Origin: Spirochaetia bacterium | GTDB lineage: Bacteria; Spirochaetota; Spirochaetia; SZUA-6; Bin103 | Direction: 5' to 3' | DNA length: 64,000 nucleotides | NCBI GenBank assembly: GCA_965198005.1 | Contig: CBDAOI010000002.1 | Span: 32,001-96,000, forward strand | Shown: one piece after another, positions 31,940 to 41,475 of the stretch | Layout: each line of letters begins with the position of its first letter | Position numbering within the stretch: position 1 is the first letter of the stretch | The notes under the pieces: model-generated | The model's input: only the letters and a program-made list of their open reading frames with translations | What the model was told of the DNA's origin: nothing | The model's database searches: none | Translations under genes and position numbers: made by a program

Positions 31940-32101
31940 GATGCTCTGCGGGCCGACAAGAAGCGACCGGAGCTACCGCCCATTATGCCGGTGGTATTCT
32001 ACCAGGGTAAGCGACGCTGGCGGCATGCGCGGGAATTCGTGGAGCTGTTTGCGGAGGCGGTGCGGGAGTGGCCGTGGACGCCGCGCTTTCAGCGCTGCTG
32101 A
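31940..32101 (+). pseudogene. Rpn/YhgA-like (PD-(D/E)XK) internal fragment
   Basis: LPPIMPVVFYQGKRRW...FVELFAEAVREWPWTPRF. Confidence 0.55.
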
Positions 32102-32207
32102 TGGCGGCCCAGAGCATGGGCGAGTTGGCAAGAAGCGGTGAGATCGAACCGTTCGTGGCTCATTTGTTCTTCCTCGAAAGAACGCGTAGTGCGCATAATA
32201 ATTTGTG

Positions 32208-32450
32208 TCACGAAAATTGCTTATTAGCCCTGGCTTCCGGTTTCTTCCTGGCTTTCTTAACCGACTTCGTGCCATAGGCACCCATTCGCCCGACACCGCC
32301 CCTGAGCCTCGGATCAAGCAGGTCCCTCACTGCGTCGCCGAACATGTTGAAGCTGTACACGACGATGGTCTGGATGTGAACGTGCTGATCGCACGGATCG
32401 ACCCACGGCACGAGAACCACGAACGGGTCGTCCGCTGGGCAGCTTTCCGA
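32208..32450. pseudogene. dppC C-terminal stub (minus) abutting a PIN N-terminal stub (plus)
   Basis: TIVVYSFNMFGDAVRDLLDPR; LDVNVLIARIDPRHENH. Confidence 0.65.
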
Positions 32451-32615
32451 CGTATATCTCCTTGGACTGGCGGTCAGTGAGGGCATCGACTTCGCCACGA
32501 CAGACTCCCGGATTCACCATGAGGCCGTCGTTCGCGGCGAGGAGAAACTGCACGTGATTCCGGTGCTATGACGTTTCGGTATCAGTCTGGAGTCTCCCGA
32601 AGGGACCGCGGCGAT

Positions 32616-32900
32616 TCATCTACGCCGGAGCTGGTCTAGGTGGTTCAAGTCTCTCCAGAAGGTCCAGTAACTCAGGGAGCAGTGGACGGAGCGTACGGCC
32701 AGCGGTAACCTGCTGAGGTTCTGTTGATACTCCAGATTCTGATCGGCCGTGAGAAACACATCAAAGCCAGGAGCGGCCGTACGCAACAATTCACCATTTT
32801 CCAGTCCGGACCAACCACAATCGGTTACTGTGGACGCTGTATGACCAGCAAGCTCGCCGACCAGTCTTCGTGGTAGTGACTCATCAAGCAGAATGCGCAT
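32616..32900 (-). pseudogene. DUF5615 PIN-like toxin, C-terminus apparently replaced
   Basis: MRILLDESLPRRL...GWSGLENGELL...FDVFLTADQNLEYQQNL then divergent tail. Confidence 0.72.
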
Positions 32901-33102
32901 CGGCGTCCAGAGCCGCGCGTGCCATCTCCAGGGCAGCAACGGCCTTCGCGCGATCCACTGCAGGGAAATCGAACAAGAATTGTTCCAGTGTTTCCCCAGC
33001 TTCCAAGTAATCGAACAGGTTCTTTACGGGTGTACGCGTCCCGATGAACACGGGGACACCGCCCTGAATCCGTGGGTTCTTCTGTATGACCTGGTCTTTC
33101 AT
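32884..33102 (-). CDS. DUF433 antitoxin-like protein
   Basis: PRIQGGVPVFIGTRTPVKNLFDYLEAGETLEQFLFDFP. Confidence 0.85.
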   Translation of the reverse strand: MKDQVIQKNPRIQGGVPVFIGTRTPVKNLFDYLEAGETLEQFLFDFPAVDRAKAVAALEMARAALDADAHSA

Positions 33103-33229
33103 TGTCGTCTGCTCAATGCGCGTACGGTAGAGATAACCACACCGTGATCCGCAACAGGCGTGAGAACACCCTATCACCGATGCACCCGTCGTTCAAGCTG
33201 GCATCAGCATCAGGCGGTCGAGTGGGTGC

Positions 33230-33645
33230 GTGAAGCCATATACCACGATGGTCAGGATGTCGCGCCCGGTGTGATCGGTGCCCAGCAGATGCTCGGCCGA
33301 GGAGCCCTGCCGTCGCCGGGTTACGTCCTGACGCTGCTCGGGGTCCGGGGCCAGCACATCGGCGAAGACGCTCACCAGCACGAACAGCACGATGATGACG
33401 GCGCCGAGCAGGCCCATCGGCTTCTCCCGGACCAGCCGGTAGAAGAAGTCCGCAAGAGGGCCGCGCCGGCGTCGCATCTCGCGAAACCGCTCCGTGTCGA
33501 CATTCGGTCGCGCCATACTGAGCGTCGCTCAGCAAGAGGTCGACAAAATCGCCCGGGAGCAGGCGTACCGACAGGAACACCAGCATGCTCACGATGAACA
33601 GCGTGGGGATGAACAGGCCCTTCCCAGCCACAGTTGCCAATCTGC
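33230..33645 (-). pseudogene. Skeleton of an SBP-dppB-dppC operon collapsed to ~420 bp
   Basis: Ordered fragments QIGNCGW | LFIPTLFIVSMLVFLSVRLLPGDFVD | RRRGPLADF..EKPMGLLG..TDHTGRD | IVVY, matching 39485-41560. Confidence 0.82.
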
Positions 33646-34050
33646 TCCGCGCCACGCCGGCTCGGTCGCTGCCAGCTTGCCCACTGCCGCTCCGGCGGTC
33701 GCCGGCCCCCGCGTCGCGCGCGCCGACAGTTCGGCGCAGAACCGGCGAGCGGAGCTGGTAGTAGCGGCCCCGGGGAGCGAGCACGACCAGCGGGCCACAC
33801 CCGGTTCGGCGCAGAACCAACAGGCGGCGCGGGTCCCGGACCGGAGTGGCGCTCGGACACCGCGCCACGCCGCCGGCTCGGCCGATGCCGGTTCTCCCGC
33901 GCCCGGTCCTGCTGCGGCCGACTCCAGCGTCGCACTTGCCGGCGGTTCGGTGCAGAACCAGCAAGCGCAGCGCAGGCAGTACCGGCCCCGGGCCGCGAGC
34001 AGGTTCGGCGCGACACGACCCGCTCGGCGCCGAACCGGCAGGCGGCGCGG
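33645..34050 (+). repeat. Detached copy of the HNH-gene internal repeat region
   Basis: GGTTCGGCGCAGAACC-type motifs at 33728, 33803, 33944, 34021 with flanks homologous to 36660-37340. Confidence 0.85.
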
Positions 34051-34296
34051 GCAGGAGTACGTCGCGCCGTCCAACGTGGTGGCGTCGCCCAACAATGACC
34101 TCGGCCGGATGCTGCTGGCGGGCGAGATCGACGCCGCCATCGCGCCCGGGTGCATTCTTTCTGTGTGGTAGCGCACTACCGGTGCCACCGGCATCGAGCA
34201 TGGCAGCGAGCGCGGCCAGGGCGCAGCCGGTTAGCGCAGCCGGCGATTGGCGTTGACATCGAAGATGCCGCACGGATACGTTCGCCGGCGGGTCTC

Positions 34297-35087
34297 ATGG
34301 CCGACGAGCGGGCAGCAGAGCAACCGGACATCGACGAGCCGGGGAAGGCGATCAGTCAGCCGCACGACAAGTACTTCCAGCGCGTGTTCTCGAACGAGCA
34401 GGACGCCGCCAGCCTGCTGCGCACCTGCGTGCCGCGCCCGCTCGCCGACACGCTGAAGTGGTCGACGCTCGCCCTGCTGCGCGGTCGCTTCGTGGCTGAC
34501 GACTGGCGGCGCAACGAGACCGATCTGCTGTATTCGGTGGAGCGGGAGGGAACGGAGACGCCGGTGCTGGTGTACGTGCTGCTGGAGCATCAGTCGACGC
34601 CGGACCAGTGGCTGCGGCTGCGGCTGCTGGGCTACTGCGTACAGGTGTGGCAGCAGTGGCACCGGAACCATGAAGATGAAGCGCGGTTGCCGCTACTGGT
34701 GCCGGTGGTACTCTCGGAGCTGGTCGGATACGACAGCTCCGAGAGAGAGGTTCGGCTGGGCGAAAAGCGGCGCTGAAAGCGGCGGTTTTCGGGCGCTATC
34801 AGGGAGCGCTGTTTGCGGAGTCGTTGCGGAGGAACGTGCCGGGCCGCGGAGGAGAGGTGATGAATTACGTGGAGGAAATGATTGAGCGAGGCCGTCGGGA
34901 AGGCCGTCGGGAAGGCCACCGGGAAGATGAGTTGAAGGGGCGCGTGCGAGCCATTGAGGGCTTTGTGGCACGAGATATACCGTGGTCCACCATCGAAGCG
35001 GCCACGGGAATCGACGAGGCCACATTCCGGCGCCTCAGGCAGCGAATAAACAGGCCAATGATCGGATCTCTGGTCTGCGACCCGTAG
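34297..35087 (+). pseudogene. Rpn family recombination-promoting nuclease/putative transposase, middle deleted
   Basis: HDKYFQRVFS, ETDLLYSV, YVLLEHQSTPD, LRLLGY; C-terminal EMIERGRREGRREG...IEAATG at 34860-35087. Confidence 0.8.
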
Positions 35088-35401
35088 CCCGTTTCTTGCT
35101 TGCGCCGGTAACACCGGCTTTCACTCCCGACGACGACGCCACGCCGCCGGCCCTCACCGGACGCGAGCGGGAGGAGCGGTGCTGACGCGGTGTCTAGGCG
35201 ACCTGACGTGGCCGCCAGGATCACCGACTACTACGAGGATCGATCTCCGGAGTTGGACCGATCCGGCTGGCTGGCCGTTGCCGAGCGCGTGGGCGACCGC
35301 TTTCAATCCATGCCGACGATGACCTATCCAGCGATCTAGTCACCGAGTTTCTGCAGTCCTTATCGAATCATGGATTATTCTAGAATTACGCCGCTGTAAG
35401 C

Positions 35402-35430
35402 TTGCATATTGTTTCGCTTCGTGGTATACT
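35402..35430 (+). promoter_or_regulatory. Sigma70 promoter TTGCAT-17-TATACT, leaderless for the HNH gene
   Basis: ATG 35437 lies 6 nt after the -10 box. Confidence 0.7.
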
Positions 35431-35436
35431 ATCGAC

Positions 35437-37714
35437 ATGAATAATGTCGTATCTGATGCCTCTTGCCAGTCTCTCGATGTACCCAACACTTTCCACTTGG
35501 TAAGCGACGCCGATCTACTGTTCAGGACCAGAGAACTGGCCCGCCACGAGACCGCACTCACCATCGTCACGATCCGGCACTTGGACGAAATAGAGCGCCG
35601 TGAGCTGTACGAAGAACGTGGCTATCCGAGTCTGTTCGCGTACGCGGTACGGGAGCTGAACTACAGTAATGGATGCGCTTGGCGGAGAATCATGGTGATG
35701 AAGTTGTGTCGTGAAATGCCAGGGATAGCAGACAAGCTGCGCAGCGGCGAGTTGAATCTCACGACCGCGAGTCAGTTGCAGAACGCGATTGAAAAGCGTG
35801 CGCGGAAAGCGGCTCGTAAGGCTTCCCGTAAAGCCGTCCGTGAGCGGGCGAGTGAGTCGGCGAGCGTGTCGGCGACGGGCGCTGTAAGGGTGGGCGCCGG
35901 GGAGTCGTCGGCTGGAGGGGTGCACCCGGCGCAGACGGAAGTCGCGGGAACCCAGGAAGTCGCGCCTGCCGCAGCGCTGGCGCCAGGGCCGGCGACGTCG
36001 CCGGCTGCGGAAACCGCGGCCGCCGCCGGGAAGGCCGCGGCCGCATCCCCGGCGGCGTTGGCGTCGGCCGCTGCGTCGCCGCCCCCGGGTGCGGCCCGCG
36101 AGTCTGCGCCGCCGCCGCCCGCGACGGAACCACCACCGGCATGGACCCGGGACCAGAAGGTCGAACTGGTCGATCTGGTCGCCAACAAGTCGGCCCGTGA
36201 GACCGAGAAGCTGCTGGCGGAACTGGAGCCGGAGCTGGGCCTGCCGCGAGAGCAGCAGCGCGCCCTCGGCGGCGGCCGCTACGCGGTGCGGGTGATCCTG
36301 GACCAGAGCAGTATAGGGACCATCGCCAAGCTGAAGGGCTGGCTGTCGCACGTGAACCCGGGCTTCACCACCGGGCAACTGCTCGCCTACCTGCTGCAGC
36401 AGGCGGAGCGGAAGTACGACCCGATGCGGGAGCGGAGTCGCGCCAAGCGGGGGGCGGCGGTGCCGGCGCGGCCCGCCGAGACGTGCGAGCAGGAACGCGC
36501 CGTCACCGGCAAACGCCGGGTCGCCGGAGGTGCGGTGGGCGCGGCTACGCCCGAGGCCGGCTCGTCGACCTGCGCCACCAGTGTGCCTGGCGAGGGGGTG
36601 CCCGCGACCGCGGCTGCCCGCAGTTCGGTTGCCGCGGGTCCGGTTGCTGGCAGCCCCGCACCCGCTCCGGTCGCCGCCGGCCCCGGCGTCGCACTTGCCG
36701 GCGGTTCGGCGCAGAACCAACAGGCGCCGCGGGTCCCGGACCCGAGTGGCGATCGGACTCCGCGCCACGCCGCCGGCTCGGCCGATGCCGGCTCTCCCGC
36801 TCCCGCTTCGGCCGCCGCCGGCCCCAGCGTCGCACGCGCCGGCAGTTCGGCGCAGAACCGGCGAGCGCCGCGGGCAGCGGATCGGAGTGGCGATCGGACT
36901 CCGCGCCACGCCGGCTCGGTCGCTGCCAGAACCCACTGCCGCTCCGGCGGTCGCCGGACCGCCGAGTGGCGATCGCACGACATACCCGGTTCTGCGCAGA
37001 ACCAACACGGACCGGAGTGGCGATCGGACTTCGCGCCACGCCGGCTCGGTTGATGGCGGCTTTCCCACACGCGGTCCGGTCGCCGCCGGCACCGCGGGCG
37101 CACGCGGTGGCAGTTCGGCGCAGAACCAACAAGCGCCGCGGGCAGCGGATCGGAGTGGTGATCGGACTCCGCGCCACGCCGGCTCGGTCGCTGCCGGCTC
37201 TCCTGCGCCCGGTCCTGTTGCGGCCGACTCCAGCGTCGCACCTGCCGGCGGTTCGGCGCCGAACCGGCAAGCGCAGACAGTAGCGACCCCGGGAAGCGAG
37301 CAGGTTCGCCGCGGCACTCCGAGTTCGGCGCAGAACCAGCAGGCGCCGCGGGCAGGGAAGGGGCCTTCCCGGACGGCCGCCGAGTTGCACTGCGGGGTGC
37401 GAGCGCGGCTGTCCGGAGATCGCACGGCGGCGCAGCCGCCAGCACCCGAATCCGCCCGCGCGCGCCGGGGGAGGCGGCACATTCCGGCGGCGGTGCGACG
37501 TGCGGTGTGGCGGAGGGACGGTGGGGCTTGCTGCTACCAGGACCCGCTCACCGGCGTGACCTGCGGGTCGACCCACCTGGTGCAGATCGACCACATCGTG
37601 CCGGTGGCGCAGGGCGGCAGTAACGACATGGTCAATTTGCGTTTGCGCTGCACCGTCCATAACCGACGGCGCGACCCGCGCTGTGCCAGCTACCGCTCTG
37701 CTCCGGCCGCGTAG
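35437..37714 (+). pseudogene. HNH endonuclease with DUF222-like N-terminus and repeat linker; frameshift near 37005
   Basis: N-terminal HLDEIERRELY..GYPSLFAY..ELNYS; C-terminal RHIPAAVRRAVWRRDGG.C...C...QIDHIVPVAQGG...NLRLRCTVHN in a second frame. Confidence 0.82.
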
Positions 37715-37986
37715 CGCGGTCGGGTTCGCGCCAGCAGTTCCTCAGGCGATCAGAGGTCATCGTGATTAACGCGGCGGCGGATCGGCTCATGTGCGTGGCC
37801 CGGTGTACCCGGATGCCGGCCATGGATTATGACCATGGTCCATCATTTGTCGGCCTACGACTTCCGCACGGGCTGCGCGGGCAGCGTACAGCCGACCAGC
37901 AGCGACAGGCGTGCTCCGGTGATGGGGGTTTGACCGGACGGCCGTAGACGAGCGAGTATGACTCCATGCAATGAAGCAATGGAGGC

Positions 37987-38265
37987 ATGTCTATGAGTCA
38001 CATCACGCTGCGAGACGTTCCTCAGGCATTGGATCGCCGATTGCGCGAGTTGGCACGGACGCAAAACAAGAGCCTGAACAAAACAATCATCCAGGTCCTG
38101 ATTGAATCGCTTCATCTCGGAGACGGGAACGATCGTCAACGTGACGTGTCCGACCTCGCCGGGACCTGGAGCAACGAACAAGCAGCGGAGTTTGAAGCCA
38201 ACACGCGGGTCTTCGACCAGCTCGACAACATTCCCGGTGTGTTTGCCACAGGACCGGAGCTCTGA
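37987..38265 (+). CDS. FitA/Arc-like RHH antitoxin (orphan)
   Basis: HITLRDVPQALDRRLRELARTQNKSLNKTII...DLAGTWS; GGAGG upstream. Confidence 0.75.
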   Translation: MSMSHITLRDVPQALDRRLRELARTQNKSLNKTIIQVLIESLHLGDGNDRQRDVSDLAGTWSNEQAAEFEANTRVFDQLDNIPGVFATGPEL

Positions 38266-38401
38266 ACTTCGTGTCGGTCGCGGTCTTCCCACATAGCTGT
38301 GCCGCTCGCACAACGGCTGCTGCTCGTGGTCACTTGATGCCATCATATTTGACACACCCGGCGAGACCACCTACCCTTGCAGAGACGAGGACCGGATTCT
38401 G

Positions 38402-39180
38402 GTGATGAGAACCGTGAAATATGTGTATTGGCAAGAAGGCGGCTTGTGGATCGGCTATCTCCAAGACTATCCCGACTACTGGACTCAGGGTGAGACGTCT
38501 TTTGCATCCGTTCCAACCCGAGGCGCCTACCCTGGCACACTTGCGGCAAACAAGTCAACCGGGCGGCAAAATGAACAAAATAAACAAAACGCGATCACCT
38601 CATGCCTCGCTCCGCTCCGCAGCCTTCCCGAGCCTCCCGCAGTGTTCATCCAGCCACGATTGACCCGTGACGGCATCGAATCGCTACCCATTGAACACCG
38701 TCACGCCTGCCGGGTCGCGCAGTTGCCTGATCATCATCGCGATCCGTTCGACCGGCTGCTCGTTGCAGTGGCACAACTGGAATCTCTCAGGGTGCGCCAT
38801 GCGCTGCAGATGGCGATCGACCTCGAGACCGCCAACGGCAACTACTTCTCCGTCTGCTTACTCTGTCATGGAATACCGAACACTGCCCCGACCGTGAAGC
38901 CGGAGTACGGCGGGATCATTGGTTCTGGTCCTACGACCCGGCGGGTGCCGAGCGAGTACTTCTCGTCGTCCTTCCAGTAGTCCGACGCTGTTCATCCTGA
39001 GCACGCTGGTGTTCTTTACCGTGCGCCTACTCCCCGGCGACTACGTCGACATCTTGCTGAGCGACCGCGCCCTTGATTCCTTCGCCGCCGCTGGCGTCGA
39101 CAGCGCGGCGGCTCCCGTAGACGTCCACACCCAGCGTCCTTTGTGGCAGCGGCCGGCGCCGACGCCACAATCGAGCGGCG
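38402..39180 (+). pseudogene. Patchwork of HicB-like, PIN, SBP, dppB and SBP-leader fragments
   Basis: YVYWQEGGLWIGYLQDYPDYWTQGET | LPDHHRDPFDRLLVAVAQ | VRHALQMAIDLET | PEYGG | YWKDDEKY (minus) | PTLFILSTLVF | leader copy. Confidence 0.75.
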
Positions 39181-39484
39181 CCTGACTGCGCATGAGCGTT
39201 ACTACCGAACAGGCGTACCGTATCAGCGGAGACTAAACCAAACTAAGTCAATTTCGGCAACACACAATTGCCCGGGGATCGGCTTGTGCAGGAGGCTATC
39301 CCCGGCGAGATTGCCGCCGGTCCGCGCGGGGCGCACGGCAGCGGGCGTAGCGCATCAAGCTCCCGCTTGAGGCGATCGATGGTCTCGAGGATGTTGCCCG
39401 GCATACTCACCCGCTCCGAATCAGCACGGGCCACGGAGAGGTATCGCCGGTTTCGTTGCTCGTGGTTTGGCGCCCCCGTGTCGG

Positions 39485-40455
39485 TCAGCTGCGCGACGAG
39501 CGCGCCCGCACCGCTTTCTGCAGCGCCTTGCCGCCGTGGGCGCCCATGCGGCCCACCCCGCCGCGCAGCCGCGGGTCGAGCAGGTCGCGCACCGCGTCGC
39601 CGAACATGTTGAAACTGTACACCACGATGGTGAGGAAGATGCCGGGCCACATGGCCAGCCACGGTGCCTGCTGCATGTAGTGGCGGCCCTCGCGGCTCAG
39701 CAGGCCGCCCCAGCTGGGAACGCTCAGCGGCAACCCGAAGCCCAGAAAGCTCAGCGAGGCCTCGGTGATGATGACCGCGCCGACGCGCCGATAGTGATGC
39801 TGAAGATGACGATGATGGGCGCCAGCACGTTCGGCAGCACGTGGCGCAGCACCGTGCGCCAGGGCGGGCTGCCGAACGCCTGTGCAGCCTGGAAGTAGGC
39901 GTTCTCCTTCACCCCGATCACCGCGCCCCGGATCACGCGCGAACTGCCAATGCCGTAGGTCAGGCCCAGCACGATGATGATTTGCGGCGCACCGGTACCC
40001 AGGATCGACATGATGGTCATGAGCAGGAGAAGTCCCGGAAACGCCATCCAGGCATCGACGAATCTCTGCGTCAGCAGGTCGAGTCGGCCGCCGACGAACC
40101 CCGACAGGCCGCCGACGGCGGTGGCCACCAGCACCGCCACCGTGGTCGCCGCGAAGCCGACCAGCAGCGACAGGCGCGCGCCGTAGATGTTGCGGCTCAA
40201 GAAGTCGCGCCCCGTATGATCGGTTCCCAGCAGATGCTCGGCCGAGGAGCCCTGCAGCCTCCGGGTCACGTCCTGACGCTGCTCGGGGTCCGGTGCCAGC
40301 ACGTCGGCGAAGACGCTCACCAGCACGAACACCACGATGATGACGGCACCGAGCAGGCCCAACGGCTTCTCCCGGACCAGCCGGTAAATGAAGTCCGCAA
40401 GAGGGCCGCGCCGGCGTCGCTCTTCGGCGCCGGCGGGTTCAGCGAAGTTGCTCAC
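39485..40455 (-). pseudogene. DppC-like permease frameshifted by an 8-bp tandem duplication
   Basis: CGCGCCGA repeated at 39776-39791; removing one copy restores SITIGAVIITEASLSFLGFG. Confidence 0.85.
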
Positions 40456-41411
40456 TGGTAGCGAATCCTCGGGTCGAGGTAAGCGTACAGCAGGTCGATG
40501 AGCAGGTTGGCGAACAGGATGAAGGTGGCAATGAAGAGGTTGATGCCCGAGACCATCGGATAGTCACGCAACGACAGCGCCTGGACGAGCAGCGACCCCA
40601 GGCCGGGCAGGTTGAACAGCGTCTCGATGATGACCGAACCACCCACCAGGATCGGCAACTGCAGCCCGATGAGCGTCACCACCGGAATGAGCGCGTTCTT
40701 CATCGCGTGGCGGACGACGACCAGCCGCTCGCGTAGGCCCTTGGCCCACGCCGTGCGCACGTAGTCCTGCCGCAGCACTTCCAGCATCATGGTGCGCGTC
40801 ATCCGCATCGTGGCGGCAGAGAGGCCGGTGCCCAGGATCAGGCCGGGGATGATGAACATGCCGACGTGGGCCAGCGGATCCTCGCTGAAGTCGAACAGTC
40901 GCAGCGGTGGCGTCCAACCCCACCAGATGCCGGGAAAGATGAGGACCATGAGGGCCAGCCAGAAGTTGGGCGTGGCCAGCCCGAAGATGGCGGCACTGCG
41001 GCCCGCGTAATCGCCCAGGGTGTCCTGACGCACCGCCGAGTAGATGCCCACCGGCAGCGCGATTAACAGGCCGATGAGCAGCGCGGCGCCCCCCAGCTCC
41101 AGGGTGACGGGCACTCGGTCGAGGATCTTGATCTCCACGGGCTTGTGACCCCGGAGCAGGGATTCACCAAGCGTCCCGTGCAACAGGATCCCCGACACCC
41201 AGCGCGCGTAAGCGATGTGCGCTGGGACGTTCAGCCCCAGCCTCTCGCGAAACCGCTCCCTGTCAACCTCGGTCGCGCCATACTGAGGGTCGTTCAGCAA
41301 GATGTCGACAAAATCGCCGGGGAGCAGGCGTACCGACAGGAACACCAGCATGCTCACGATGAACAGCGTGGGGATGAACAGCAGCAGCCGGCGGATGACG
41401 TAGGTTCGCAC
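40452..41411 (-). CDS. DppB/OppB-like ABC permease
   Basis: GTG start (MRTYVIRRLL); full motif set. Confidence 0.9.
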   Translation of the reverse strand: MRTYVIRRLLLFIPTLFIVSMLVFLSVRLLPGDFVDILLNDPQYGATEVDRERFRERLGLNVPAHIAYARWVSGILLHGTLGESLLRGHKPVEIKILDRVPVTLELGGAALLIGLLIALPVGIYSAVRQDTLGDYAGRSAAIFGLATPNFWLALMVLIFPGIWWGWTPPLRLFDFSEDPLAHVGMFIIPGLILGTGLSAATMRMTRTMMLEVLRQDYVRTAWAKGLRERLVVVRHAMKNALIPVVTLIGLQLPILVGGSVIIETLFNLPGLGSLLVQALSLRDYPMVSGINLFIATFILFANLLIDLLYAYLDPRIRYQ

Positions 41412-41475
41412 GCGAGAAGGAAGGCCTGGGGCCACGCAGGCCGACCCCAGGCGCAAAAAGGCAAAGACGAGCTAG

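Noticed and set aside
36703-37337. CRISPR array
   Set aside because: Repeats are only 16 bp, intervening sequences are homologous to each other and 56-128 bp long, and no cas genes are present
33645-37340. Diversity-generating retroelement TR/VR pair
   Set aside because: No reverse transcriptase in the window and differences do not appear adenine-specific
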